From assembly GCA_000708835.1 (NCBI GenBank), contig DF237267.1, forward strand, positions 39,284 through 103,283: 64,000 bases of DNA. Direction: 5' to 3'. Below are positions 11,101 through 23,110 of this stretch, one piece after another; the first letter of the stretch is position 1, and the number at the start of each line of letters is the position of its first letter. A model generated the notes under the pieces. That model did no database searches. It was not told the origin of the DNA and was given only the letters and a program-made list of their open reading frames with translations. Made by a program: the position numbers and the translations under genes. The stretch is from Klebsormidium nitens (lineage: Eukaryota; Plantae; Klebsormidiophyceae).

Positions 11101-14100
11101 AGCTGACAGCCGAGGTGAGCTTCTCCAGGAATTCAAGAATAAGGGTTTTCAGGCTCTAGGGTTTTAGGCCAGAGGATCGTCCAACTGTGCGTTTGGCGTG
11201 CGGGAGCTTTTGAAGGTGCAAGGAGGATGCAAGTCGCACAATCTTCTAGGGAGGCAATGACGCTCTTACGGAAACCTTGTTTTGGGTGGACTCTGCTCGT
11301 TGTTGCTGTTTTGTAAGTCTAAACCGAAATGATGAACCAAGCAGGTAATGGATGGTATTACGAGGCATTCGAGATAACATATTTCCACTCTGTCGATACT
11401 TGGACATCAAGGGCTTTGCTGAACATCAAGGGCTTTTTTTGAAACATTGTTGGAGCCAGATCCTTGAGTGCTCTTACTCACAGTTCTCGGCCGAATAATC
11501 CCTCAAAGTCTCCGACTGTATCGAGTTGCGAACTCCGGCAGTTCCGGAGCTGACACCTTCGGCAGCCAGCTCTAAGCTACAAACCATGAACAGACATAAT
11601 TGGGAGGTTTGTTATGCATCTCTTGGAAAGTCATGACGAACCTCGTGTGTCAACCGCGTCACACTTTTTCCCTTCGTGTCTCAACGTCCCTCAACCGCTC
11701 TCATGCCTCACACCGTTGGGTTCCAGATGGGTCAGTTAAGCAAAGGGGACAAGACTGCTTTGGAGAAGATCGTCGAAGCGGCGCACCAAATGGACAGCAT
11801 CTTCTTGGAACAGGTCAGATTCCGAACCGACTTTTCAGGCTCTCTCATCTGTTCAGTCGCCTCGATTCCGAGATGGTTCAGAGATTTTTATGGCAGCTTC
11901 CTTAAACCGTCTCCTCTTTTGATAGGGTTTCCGTTTGGACAAGTCGAAGCGTCCGACTTCAAAGCTGCTTTATCCGGACCTTGCTGGAAACCTGCATTTC
12001 CGATTGGGGAATTTCTTTGCGGGTCGCCTTGGAATGTTGGTGAACAAAACAGGGTTGTTACCTATTTGCATCCTGTGGCTGGTCCGTTGTGTTTCTTGAG
12101 TATCAGACACTTAGTTAACTCGAAAGGTGATTGCCGTTTCTTGCAGCTTTGGGGAACCAACCCAGCTCTCAAGAAACATCTGATGGACACGGCCAGCAAG
12201 GAAGGGGCGACGTCTTTTGACAAGTTGAAGCTTGTGTACTATCTCATCAACAAAGGGCCCTGGTGAGTGTTGGCACCATCTTTGCGTTTCTTCCTGTTGC
12301 CTGGGCTTTACTGTACGTCGGTCGCTTTTCAGCTACCGTCGTATGTTATACTGGTGCCTCTGTTTGCACTCTCTTGGATTCTGAGGCTTCGCTGGTCATT
12401 CAATTTGGTCTGCTTGAACTTCTCGAAGCGCTTTGGACGGATTACCCGTACGATCAGTTTGTATGCTTTGGTAGTATTGTGATTTGAACAGGAGACGGGT
12501 TCCTGTGCACCATTAGTTCGCCTGTCGTGCCTCGTTCAATCTCCTCTCCCATTCTTTCCTTGGATGGCACACCCTTTCCCAAAGACGATGCGAATCTCAA
12601 AAAACTCAAAATCCTGGTTTCTCAAAGCCTGAAAGCTTGTTACCATTTCAGGTCCTTGTTAGACGACGGCGAGGCCTTCCTCTCGTCCGCAGACAGCGCT
12701 CTCGTTCTCGCCCCCGACGCGGTTAAGAAGGTTCCCGGGTTTGAGGGCCTCAGATACCGGGCCGCCTTTCCCGCGACCAAGCCGCCCGGTTCCAACTTTT
12801 ACCCGGCGGACATGTCGAAGCAAGTGAGTCGACTGGACGATTATAGTTTAGTGACGAGATCTGGACTACGGGTTTGGACCTCCACGAAATCTGGTCACGA
12901 ATCTGGACCTGGATGAGATCTGGGTTACGGGTTTGAGATTGGGACGGGTTTTGGGTTACTGGTTGGAAGGTGGACGAGGTCTGGCTTCCCGATCAGGAAC
13001 TGGACAGCAGTGGACCAAGTAAATGTATCGTTCGTGTTAACGTATGCAATATTGTATCAAAGACACTTTGATTGGCGAGGGCCGGAACAGGTTATCCCCG
13101 AGGGGAAATGTGATCTTCTTAGACAGCCGCTTCGTGCACTGAGCGTCGCGCTCGTGATCGGAAGGCAGTCGGTGCTTGCAATGTGGGAGCTTGTTTCTAG
13201 TCACGTCCTTGCTTTCGTTAAGGGTTCCTGTCCTTGGAAGAATCAGTCAATCTTTGTCTCCCTACGGTTAATTCCGTCAACGTTAGCCCTTGAGTAGATT
13301 CCCATAAAGGCGGTATAAGCCTTCCACGTCTCCATGTGGCGAAGGGCGAGATTTGCCAACCACTTGCTCAAGATAGCAAAATCGTATGCTTCCAGGAGTT
13401 TGAGGAGTGGAAGGAGTCGCACTGCATGGAGAAGGTAGCTGAGGCTACGGGGTTCTTCACTGTCATCAGAAGGCCGTCTGACGTCACAGGTACGTCGTTG
13501 CCAAGCGAAGTCTTCTTGAAGGCCACTCCAAGTTCTTCTGCTTGGTGCCCCGTGTCTTCGCTCGCCTTGACGAACTTCCATTTTCTTTCTTAAAGTCGTT
13601 CCGCAGAAATAGCTAGCAGGTCTTGATAGCACTCTGCCTCTCTTGAAACAAACGCACAAAAAGTTCCTGCTCGGGTTGGCTGAGAGCAGAAACTTTTTGG
13701 AGAATGTGGTTCGCCCCCTGCTTCTCTTGTGAATTGCGGTTACTATTTTGCCTAAGGCTGTAGGTCTCCTTACACCTTGTCCTTTTTCTTGCCGCTGTAG
13801 CAACGCTGGACCTCCGTCTATCACACCGAAGAATAATCGTCAAATCGACCTTCTCAGCTTCGTCTCTCATCTTGAATTGCACTACTCAACTCATCTGGCA
13901 GTCAAATCTGGCTAGGCTGACGTCACCTACCATTCGTTAGATGATGCATCGCACTCCCCCTTGCCCACGTCCTTGTCCGGCGGTCCCATTCTCTCCATCA
14001 ACATTACATGGATTTGCGGATCCCGCGTTACAAATTCAGGTTAGGCTAACGTAAGGTACCCTCTGTTAGCAGATGCAACGCACTCGCCCGCGTCGACGTC

Positions 14101-17100
14101 AGGCGACCGTGACCTGCGCGTCATTCCGTACAGTAAGCAGTACAACGCCGGTCTACAAATAGCGGTCAAGAAACTTCTAGAAGCGGCGCAGGTGGCGGAA
14201 AACCCCAGGTGAGCGTAGGTTGATGGCGTTACTCTTGCGGGCGCAAACGCTGAAGTTTGCAAAGCGCGCCTGTGTCTCGTGGCGGGCCTTTTTCCAGGTT
14301 GTTCCTCAGAAGAGGGCTCCTTTGTCGTTCGCGAGATGAGGTTAATCCGACTTTCAATTCATAGAAGAGCACGCTGCTTGTGACCAGCACTACAGGTTCG
14401 TACTGTACATGGACGAACTGGACGGCTTTTCGAGCGCGTCTCTTGACCGATTTGAGTTTTGGACTTGCGGGAAAACTAGTCAGACATCTAGAAAAGTTTT
14501 TGAGTTCTTCAGTCTGAAGGATTTATGACCTGTAAGCAGAGAAGCGCAAGTTTCGAGACGCGATCCTCGACCATTGACACGGGTACCCTCTCTGTGTGAT
14601 GTGCAGTCTTCAAAAGTACTTGAAAGCTCGGGCGGCTGCCTTCCTGTCAAACGACTACTACGAGGCTGACGTAGCGTGGATGGATCTAGTAAGTCTCCTG
14701 CTTGGATTTCCACGGAATACTCAAATTTCGCTGACCTGTGGGTAACAACTTTTTTGAGCTTGGCCGCTTGACGCTTAATGATTCTTCAATTATCTCGGGT
14801 GAAGAAGACGAAGGAACCTGACTTCTCTGATCTGCTGGTTTTTGGATACGAAGTGTCGCCTCACTTTGAAAGTAGCTGCCGCTGTTCATCCGAACACTTC
14901 AGCTCGCAAACCGTTCTAAATTTACCATCTGTTCACTCATTGGAAAAGCTGTGTGATGCAGAATTCGCCCGTCGACGTTACCATGGGCCCCTACGAAACG
15001 TATAAGGACGGGCTGTTTGGCTACAAGGTAGGCCTGCCTTCCCTTTTGGCAGCAATGCATATGCAGGTGGCAAATCTGCAAACAGCCACACTTCAGCGTG
15101 CCTTGGGCGACTGGAAATTCCTGTTTGAATCTTGCAAGCCCTTCGTACAGCTGTGAAATGTGGCTTGGGCAACTGGGAAAGTGTCTTCGGATTTTGCAAG
15201 CCCTTCGTACAGCTGGTGAGTGTTCTACACGTTCATCTATCCTACTACTATTTTTGCTGGCGGGCTTTCTTCAGGGCTTAATGTGTGAAAGTCACATTCT
15301 AGGAATACCTTTTGGTCGTCGAGCTAGAACCTTCTGCGAAGTTAGTTCAAAAAATCTGCCTTCAAAGCAAATTGGTCCAGGATCTCACAGTCTTTTTTGT
15401 CATGCAGGCAACCTTCGAGGCGTACATAGGGATCAAGGACGAGGACGCGACTGAAAAAGTGGAGCTCTTCGGTCATCACTTGCAGGTACTGCCTTTTCTT
15501 TGCAATGTTCTTCTTCATTATCATCTACCTGACGTCCTTTTGAGTGTCGCTCCATCCACTAATGTCGATTCTGGGCCTTTTCGTCGTTTGATCGCATATC
15601 TTGTTTGCATAACTTTTTCGCTGCCCAGCATAACCTGTTCGCTGCCCCATTACACTCCGGACGGGTTGACAGAATGACAGTCCGGAACGGATGCACGCCT
15701 TTCAATTCTAAATCTTGACCCAGTCAGTCGGTCCGCATGCAATTGCCTTATGCTGGTTTTCTGTGCTTTTGAGGTTGCTCACTCACCGCTGAAGCTGAAT
15801 CCACCATCATCTAGAACCACTGGGACGTATTGAACGAAAGCACCAGTATACCACTGTAAGTGCGTTTGGGGAGCCACAGCACTCGCCCTAAACCTCGTCC
15901 TTCCGTAGGTTTCTCCGCCACGTCGAGCACTTCCCTTCTGCTTTACCTTCGAGCCGGAAGCAGCCAAAACCGTCAACTCAACGGTTGACGATAAGCAGGC
16001 GTTTGATTATCCTGATGGCGCTTTCTGTGATCTAAATACCCGCGCCACCGCAGGAGCTCGAGAATCATCTACCGATGGACGACAAGCACAAGAAGAAGGG
16101 AGTCACCGCGGCGCCCATCCGGGTCATCCAGCTGGCGTTCAACTCCGGGGTGAGCTGACGTCAGCATGTATCTTTTCCCGCAATTTAGGCAATGTGCATC
16201 AAAGTTGTTGCCACCTTGGAACCATCGTTTGCACCAGCCAGCCAATTCCGCGAACAAAAGAAAGAGAGCTAGCTAACGCTTTGAGTGGCCAATCGTTGTC
16301 CAAGAAAGAATCACGAGACCTGTGCCGCCTTGTCCCCTTATAGATGTCCCACTTGGCGCCTTACCCTCTAGAGGTCTCTAAAGTGCTAGCCGGGCTGCGA
16401 TGGCGGTCACTTTGGGCTTGAACCTGTAAACAGCTGAACTCGACGTCCAGCTCAAAAGGTCAAGTTTGAGGTTTTGAGTTGTCCGATTGTACTTGCAGCT
16501 CGACTTCGGGCACGGGCCCTTCTGCACTTCCAAGTCCCCACATTCAGTTTCCGTTTCGTCAAGCGATTTATATGGCTTTCCGGGAAAACTTATTGGTCAA
16601 GCTGTGAACCCGTCGGCAAAATAAATATTTGCGCAAATACCTGATCTCTTTTCTCCAAGCCCAATTCCCTTCTGTCTCTTGAAAAGCGTGTTCAATCATT
16701 CCAGGACGTGGGCGGCGCGCAGACATTGGCGTTCAATCTGCCCAACGACGAGCGGATCAAGAAGGAGCGGGGGACGGCCATGGTCATGATGAAGAACGTG
16801 AATCAGGCCAAGTGAGTCCGCTACGTTTCAGGGTTTAACAATGTTCCTTCAGGAAGCTAAGACTCGGCGCAGTTCCCCCGAAATTTGTGAAGAATGTGTT
16901 AATCTGTGCTGAAGCCCGTGAAGAATGTTGTAGTCCACATCAGAGACTCCGGCAGTTGGAGTTCCCGCTTCCCCGTGGTTCAGTGTCACCGCAGTTTAGT
17001 TGTACAGCAACTTGCTGCGAAGCCTACCTCCGCATCTTATGAAAAGTTCTTTCTTGCATACTGACTCTTCTTCATAGACGGTCAACTTCAAAGAGCTGCA

Positions 17101-20100
17101 TACATACTCACAGAAGGAACGTTTTTGTGTGACGTAAGCACCTTTCCTGCAGGTTCGATAGCATCCTACTCCCGATCGCCAAAGTGCTCATCGACCCGTC
17201 ACAGCAGTCGTTGGTGGACTTTGACTCCTTCTTCACTCATACGCTCTGCCACGAGTGCTGCCACGGCATCGGACCGTCCAACATCACACTGCCGGATGGT
17301 ACCGCGACCACCGTCCGAAAGGTGAGCTATCGCTGCGCGCATATGGATTGCCTGGTGAGCTAGAAAGCGGAAGCCCAAAAGCGCCCTGATTATAGACGTC
17401 ATCGTCAATTGATGGCGAGGACCCCTGCTTCTCTTGTAGGTTGCAACACGACCTTGATTGAGAAGGGGCAGGGTCTTCTTACACAGAGGTTTGCTCCGTT
17501 CTCTTGCGATATGGCCTGAGAAAATGCGCTCCTTTGCAGCCGGTGCGAAAACGACTTGGTTTGAACCGCAGTCTGTATCTGTCGTACTGGCGAAACGGTA
17601 TTCAGTGCCCTATTCGAATTGAACGAAGCGTTCACCTCCGCAGGAGCTTCAAGAGCTGTACTCGCCGCTCGAGGAGGCCAAGGCTGACATTGTGGGACTT
17701 TGGGCGCTTCATTACCTGCTAGACAAGGTAAAAACGGGAATTCAGCTTGGCGAGCGAAGCATGCTTTCTGTTTAAAGTATCCCTTTCAGTTCCCCTTGCG
17801 CTTAGGCCTGCCGTACATCCGAACCAGAACGGGATTTGCGCGCCCTGATCCGATACTGGTTCGTCTATAAGCGCGACGTTCACTTGTCGTTTGAGCATGG
17901 AACGGTGATTATGAGATTTGTTGGTCGCTCCACGGGACAGCTGAAGTTCGCAGCCTCGATACAGAATCAGATGGAATTCTGCTGGCAACAAGAATCTCGA
18001 AACAATGCTCCGAAGAAGATGAACAAGATAGAGCGGAAGTGAGGGGAAAGCGAGCGAATCTTCCTCTTGGCGCGCCCTTTAGGAAGGTGCTGACGCGGCA
18101 TGGAGCAATTCCGTTCTTTGTGAATGTGGTGGCCATCTGAGTCCGTTAAATCTTCTGTGTGGCTTCATCATTCGTCCATTCGTTTACCTGCCGACGTTTA
18201 CATTTACCGTGACAACCTGCAGCGAGCCTGAAGAAAAACAGACTAAGGTTCTGCCTATGCTGGACGCGTGTTGCTCAGTGAGGTCGTTCGGTTTACTCAG
18301 CTTTTCACTCCTTTCTATGCAGGGTTTCTTACCAGCGTCTCTGGAACAGTCCATGTACGTTGCTTTCCTGGCGGGGTGCTTCCGATCCGTACGGTTCGGA
18401 CTGGCAGAGGCGCACGGGTAAGGCCTTCCATACGTCCGTCATTTGTACGTACTTCCACGGTCCGTCCTTCCGTGTAGCATCCCTGGCGTCATACTTCCGT
18501 GGTCACTTGACAGATAGTCAAGGAATCAATGTTTTGCAGAATGATGAACCAAACCGTGGTGGTACGGAAGAGAACTTGGTAGTGATTGGCGCATGCACAT
18601 GGAATAATCTGTAAGCAAAGAGGGGGTAGAATCTGTGTCTCCTTGGAAGCTACAACAGATGCAGTCACGCTTGCTCAGGGGACTGGGGATCAGGTAGACG
18701 AGTCCGATCAGAATTGGTATACTGGTTTGGGAGCAACAGCGTGACCAGACGCGGCAAACAAGCAGCTACCCTGCATGAGGCCGCAAACGTGAGCAGAGAG
18801 TGAATCTGAAGAGGACCGAATGTGTCATCTGGGGGTCGATTTGCTGACCTTTCAATCAGTGTTCAGTGCACGGCCCACAGCAGGGCAAAGCTGCAGCGGG
18901 CAACTCAACGATAATTTGGCACGCTTTTCTCACGAAGCAAAGTGACGGGAAGCACGCCTTTCCTACGACGCAATCTCACTGAAAGCACGCCTTTCTCACG
19001 AAGCAGACTGACTGAAAGCGATCCTGTCCGGTTCAGGTGGGGCCAGGCGGTCCAGTTCAACTTCTTGCTTGAGAAGGGCGGCTTTAAGAGCAATAACGAC
19101 GGCACCTTCTGGGTAGACTTCGGCAAGGTGAGGGATCAGCAAGTAAAACATGTGAAAATTCTTAATGCACATACTCTTGATCACTTCAAGTCTGCCTTCA
19201 ACCGATTCTTTCCGAGTACTCTGTTGAGCGCACTTCCTCCGTTAGCCAATTCTTCGGAGCGGTCAAACGCCCCACCACGCATGGTCTGCGATACAGCCCG
19301 CTCTGCGATACCCTTCTTCAAAGGCTGGTCGACTAAATGATTGTCGAAACGCTGTGGTCGATCAGTCTAGAAGTCTTTAGGAATGTTCCTGCGAATGAGA
19401 CCACAAGAAGCGACCAAGCAACAAGCACTTACGCCCAAGGTGCTTTCGCGTATTCCGGGTTGCTCCAAAGGGGCCTACCAGTTGCCGACATTGTCCTCTG
19501 GTCCTGCGGGCTCAAGACGATTGTCTTTTACGGCACTGATGCGCGCCTTCAAACACCATTAATTTGAGTAGGTTTGAAAAGGGTAGGAGCATCAAGAAAT
19601 TCTGTGACAGCAAGCTTGATTCTTTCCCCTCGTCAATCATCGTCTTCGCAGGTTCGACAAGCTGTGGAAGATCTGGGCCACGTCATCCTGACGTTGCAAG
19701 CGAACGGGGACAAGGAGGGGGGCCGATCCTTGCTGGCGAAGTACGGGGTATTAACACCGGAGCTTGGCGGGGCGCTAGAGCGACTGAAGGCTGTCGAGGT
19801 ATGCTCACAGACCACAAGTGCCGCATATGATCGTCATAAAGCGTTTGCTTGATCCTGCAAGTTTGATTTCGTGGGCCGAGAAATCAATCTGGACCTGCTC
19901 CACGTTGGATACCAACGAACCTTTTCCTGGGGTTGACGGGCCTTGGCCTTGGCATCAAATCGCCCAAAGAAGATGGGCTCGCACTTTCGCTAAGCGATAG
20001 AGTCCACGTTTCCAAGGCCTCACGAGGTGCGCATGCTTAAGAAGGGTCCTGCTTTGCCTCAAATTGAGATTGCAAGCTTTGCTGTCTTCCGAATGCTGGT

Positions 20101-20286
20101 GCAATTATTGTGGACTGTTGGGCTGCCAATGATCATTGCAATTTGCCAGACTCGCTACGTGCTCTGCCTACGTGGGGTTAACATTGCGAAGTCCTGCCAT
20201 GTGGCAGCTTCGGGATTGCTCTGACACAGGGTCTTTCGATTCTGCAGGTGCCCATAGACATTGCTCCGTATTTCGATTTGCCTTAA
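8169..20286 (+). CDS. NUDT3: Nudix hydrolase 3-like protein (N-terminal Nudix domain fused to peptidase M49/DPP III-like domain)
   Basis: 21 GT-AG exons: 8169-8293, 8967-9224, 9662-9758, 10446-10579, 11033-11114, 11727-11813, 12147-12262, 12652-12823, 13396-13489, 14073-14208, 14607-14688, 14962-15027, 15408-15486, 16054-16149, 16705-16811, 17153-17321, 17644-17727, 18323-18417, 19037-19127, 19652-19798, 20248-20286. Nudix box GHISAGDASLNSARRELAEELGV; GPYETYKD; NLPNDERIKKERG; HECCH zinc motif; EEAKADIVGLW. Colinear with plant NUDT3/NUDX3 as recalled. Confidence 0.95.
15103..15215. repeat. Degenerate 62-bp-period duplication in NUDT3 intron 12
   Basis: ttgcaagcccttcgtacagctg occurs twice, 62 nt apart, each preceded by ttgggc(g/a)actgg. 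Confidence 0.8.
18919..19017. repeat. Three degenerate 33-bp tandem units in NUDT3 intron 18
   Basis: gcacgcttttctcacgaagcaaagtgacgggaa / gcacgcctttcctacgacgcaatctcactgaaa / gcacgcctttctcacgaagcagactgactgaaa. Confidence 0.85.
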
Positions 20287-21303
20287 ATCTTTGTGGTCCT
20301 TGATTGAGTTGCGCCAGAATTGCTTCCGATCAAGACAACACTGAAAAGCCTCTGGAGCGTAAGCCCCGGTTGTCACTTTCGGGAGGGCTCTTCTTGAAGC
20401 GCTAGAGTATTGCCATAGGATTCTGCGACGCTCGATCAGTGTTGCACACGTCTGTTATTTGAGGGTGAGAAGGAATATATGAGTATGATACTCTCAACCA
20501 TCTGTCGTTGGCATTGAGTTACTGCCTTTCGAAAGCATCACATGTGGCACGTGGCCGCGAGCGGCAGAGTATACACTGCATGGCACATGTTGCCATTGCA
20601 GTTGGCGAGCACGCATGCATCATTGAGAGAACGGGCCGGCCATAGGTGCGCGCATATGTATATATACGCCGGCTTCGCTATCGGATGAATCTAAACATGG
20701 CGGCACGGGCGCAGCAGCCAGTACGTGCGTTGACGAACCCTGGATTTACGCACCGTCGCGTCGATGTTCAAAACTTGCATGGGGATTACTTCACGACAAC
20801 GTAGAATTAAAGGGTTCGGAACTTTTAACTCGATCAACAATAGCTAGCATTGCCCGGGCACGTAGCGGTGCAGCAAGGCCCCGAGCTGCAGTTGTTGATT
20901 TATAGCTAGCTAGCCTGAGCAGCTTGCCCATGGCCCCTGTTCGGTTGACCTTTCAATGTACGTGCAATATGGCGCAGCACTACCTTTTGCCTAGCCGCCA
21001 TGTTCATACCGTAATTCAATTCTGGTGTGTGACATGCTTTCGAATCAAAGGAGTCTGACTAGAGCGGATTCTTGTCTACAGATGCCCTAGCTAGCATTCC
21101 TAATGTCTAGGACTCTGAAATAAAGCTACCCTCTTGATTGACGCCACCTTACTTCAAAGTCTGCTCTACGATACTTTCCCTAGCGTACTTTTGACTCTTT
21201 TTGCAACCTTGCTCTGCCCGCTGGCAGCGTACGCGGCGCCTATCTTATGGAAAACGTAGATCAACACCATTGATACGGCCAGCAACACCAGGAACGCTTC
21301 TGG

Positions 21304-23110
21304 TTGGGGCCACGTGTTCAGAAATGGGTACGGGAATATCTGCGTAGGATAGAGTCACGTCAGATGCAAGCTATGGTCGTGAGCAGAAAGAAAATTCCGC
21401 CCAAGATCAACTATCGCAGAGCGGCTGATCCAACACTTCAGCGCTTTCAAGTTGTATTGGATGGGGGCCTCGACGTGGGATTAGAACATCACAGCTTAGA
21501 TGCCTGCTTTCACAACATCATCGTCGTGAACAGGGACGCAAACAAGCAAGGAAGCAGAATTTTCTCGGACATCCGAGGGCCACAATTTCTAACCAGCTCA
21601 GCCAAAATGGGACTTGATTGAAAGGCTCACCCCTGTCTCGAACTTGCACCACAGAATGAATGCGCAGTAGGCTGTGGCGATGCCAAATGAGACTCGCAGG
21701 CTTGGATACCTGTCAGAAAAGAGTTGGCAATATTATTGTTTTTTGCGTCAACCCCAAGGTTAAGGACTTTTTTTTGCAGACGACTTGTGGGCAACCCTTT
21801 CCTTACGAAACCTCTAGGCGTAGGCGCACAGCAAACGATTGCAGAGCGAGAAGAGCTCGCCGCATTGATGAACAGTGAGCCTTGTTGAGCTATCCAATCA
21901 CTTTCAAAAGCAGCTACACGAACAATCTCAAAAAGCAGCCGCATTTGATGGTAAATGTAAGAAAAGCGGTGTGCAGTCTTAGACACACTGAGCCGCTGTC
22001 ACTTTCAATTGCTGCTCTCCTTCAACTCGCTAGCCTCAGTGCCTTTTGCGGAGGCCGTTGAAAACGTCCTTGCGAACTCTTCTGAGTACGAGAGTACAGC
22101 TGGCAGTGTGCTGTCAAACGGGCAGGAATCCTTGTCTAATCTCAAGAGTCAGATATCCCTCGATCGGCTCAGAGTTGACTTCAACCGAGTGAAACTATCG
22201 CAACTACAGTAAGCTCCGACGATGCTCAATACCGGCTCCAAAGGGATGCAGCAGTCCCGAAACCGGAAAAATAAGTTTAGACGTCCATCTTAAAGCGCAC
22301 TTGCATGTGAGAGTGATCCTATACAGGCATGTCAAAGGCGTCTGTAAGAGCAAGAGATACTGGGTTACCTGAAAGTCCGCTCTCCGATTTTGACATCGAG
22401 CCAGGCGGAAAGTGCATTTACTGCGTGCACCAAAATACCCAGGGCGACCGGTCGATCGACGCTGCAGCCATGCGACAAATAAGTGCTTAGAAAGCACGAC
22501 TGTCTTCATGCCAGCTATCGGCAGAATGATTCTAACGCTTGTGCTGGAAATCACTGTTCTGCAATTCTTGAAGACTGTCTCTTTCAAGGGGGTCTTTGAA
22601 ACAAGGAATGGCTCTCTAAGGCGCAATCTGCTCTGCAGCTCAGAGAGGGCCCGACGAGAATGACAAGAAGCAGCAAGGTATGTCAGAAGCCTTCAAACTC
22701 TGTTTTCGCTTTTTGAATGAATCCAGGATATCCAACTTGTACTACTATCGGAAAGTTTCCAACAAACTCCTTCAGTCATAGAAAATGTGTAGATTTGAAA
22801 AAGAGAGCAGTGCTCACAGCTCTCCTTCTACAGGGTTCCCCTGGATCAACACAAACAGTGTCCAGTGCAGCACTGTGATGATGTTAGCGATGCCAAACAC
22901 GCTGGACGCAAGCAGATCGCTGATCCGCTTTGCATCCTTCCACTGCACAGAGGCAAGTGCAAAACGATGTGAGAAACAAGAAAGCCAATATGAATAAAGA
23001 AAGATGCAGAAGAAAGAGAAGAGATGACGGATTGGGATGGAAAGCTGAGACTGTGAGCAGAGGAAGGACGCAGAAGAAACACACAGCGTGGGAAGAAACA
23101 TTCGAGATGG
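21304..23110 (+). pseudogene. Probable decayed multi-exon gene of unknown family
   Basis: Phase-compatible splice chain: ...-21874|GTGAGC; AG|22034-22208|GTAAGC; AG|22491-22677|GTATGT with an in-frame TGA at 22597-22599; AG|22834-23109|GTAAGT with stops in all frames. No recognisable domain; the link to ORF 21304-21621 is unproven. Confidence 0.4.

Noticed and set aside
13243-13824. 193-aa antisense ORF inside NUDT3
   Set aside because: Overlaps exon 9 in antisense, has no recognisable motif, and starts at a non-ATG codon.
18541-18812. ATGATGA box-C-like motif in NUDT3 intron 18 (possible snoRNA)
   Set aside because: No suitably spaced CTGA box D with a terminal stem.
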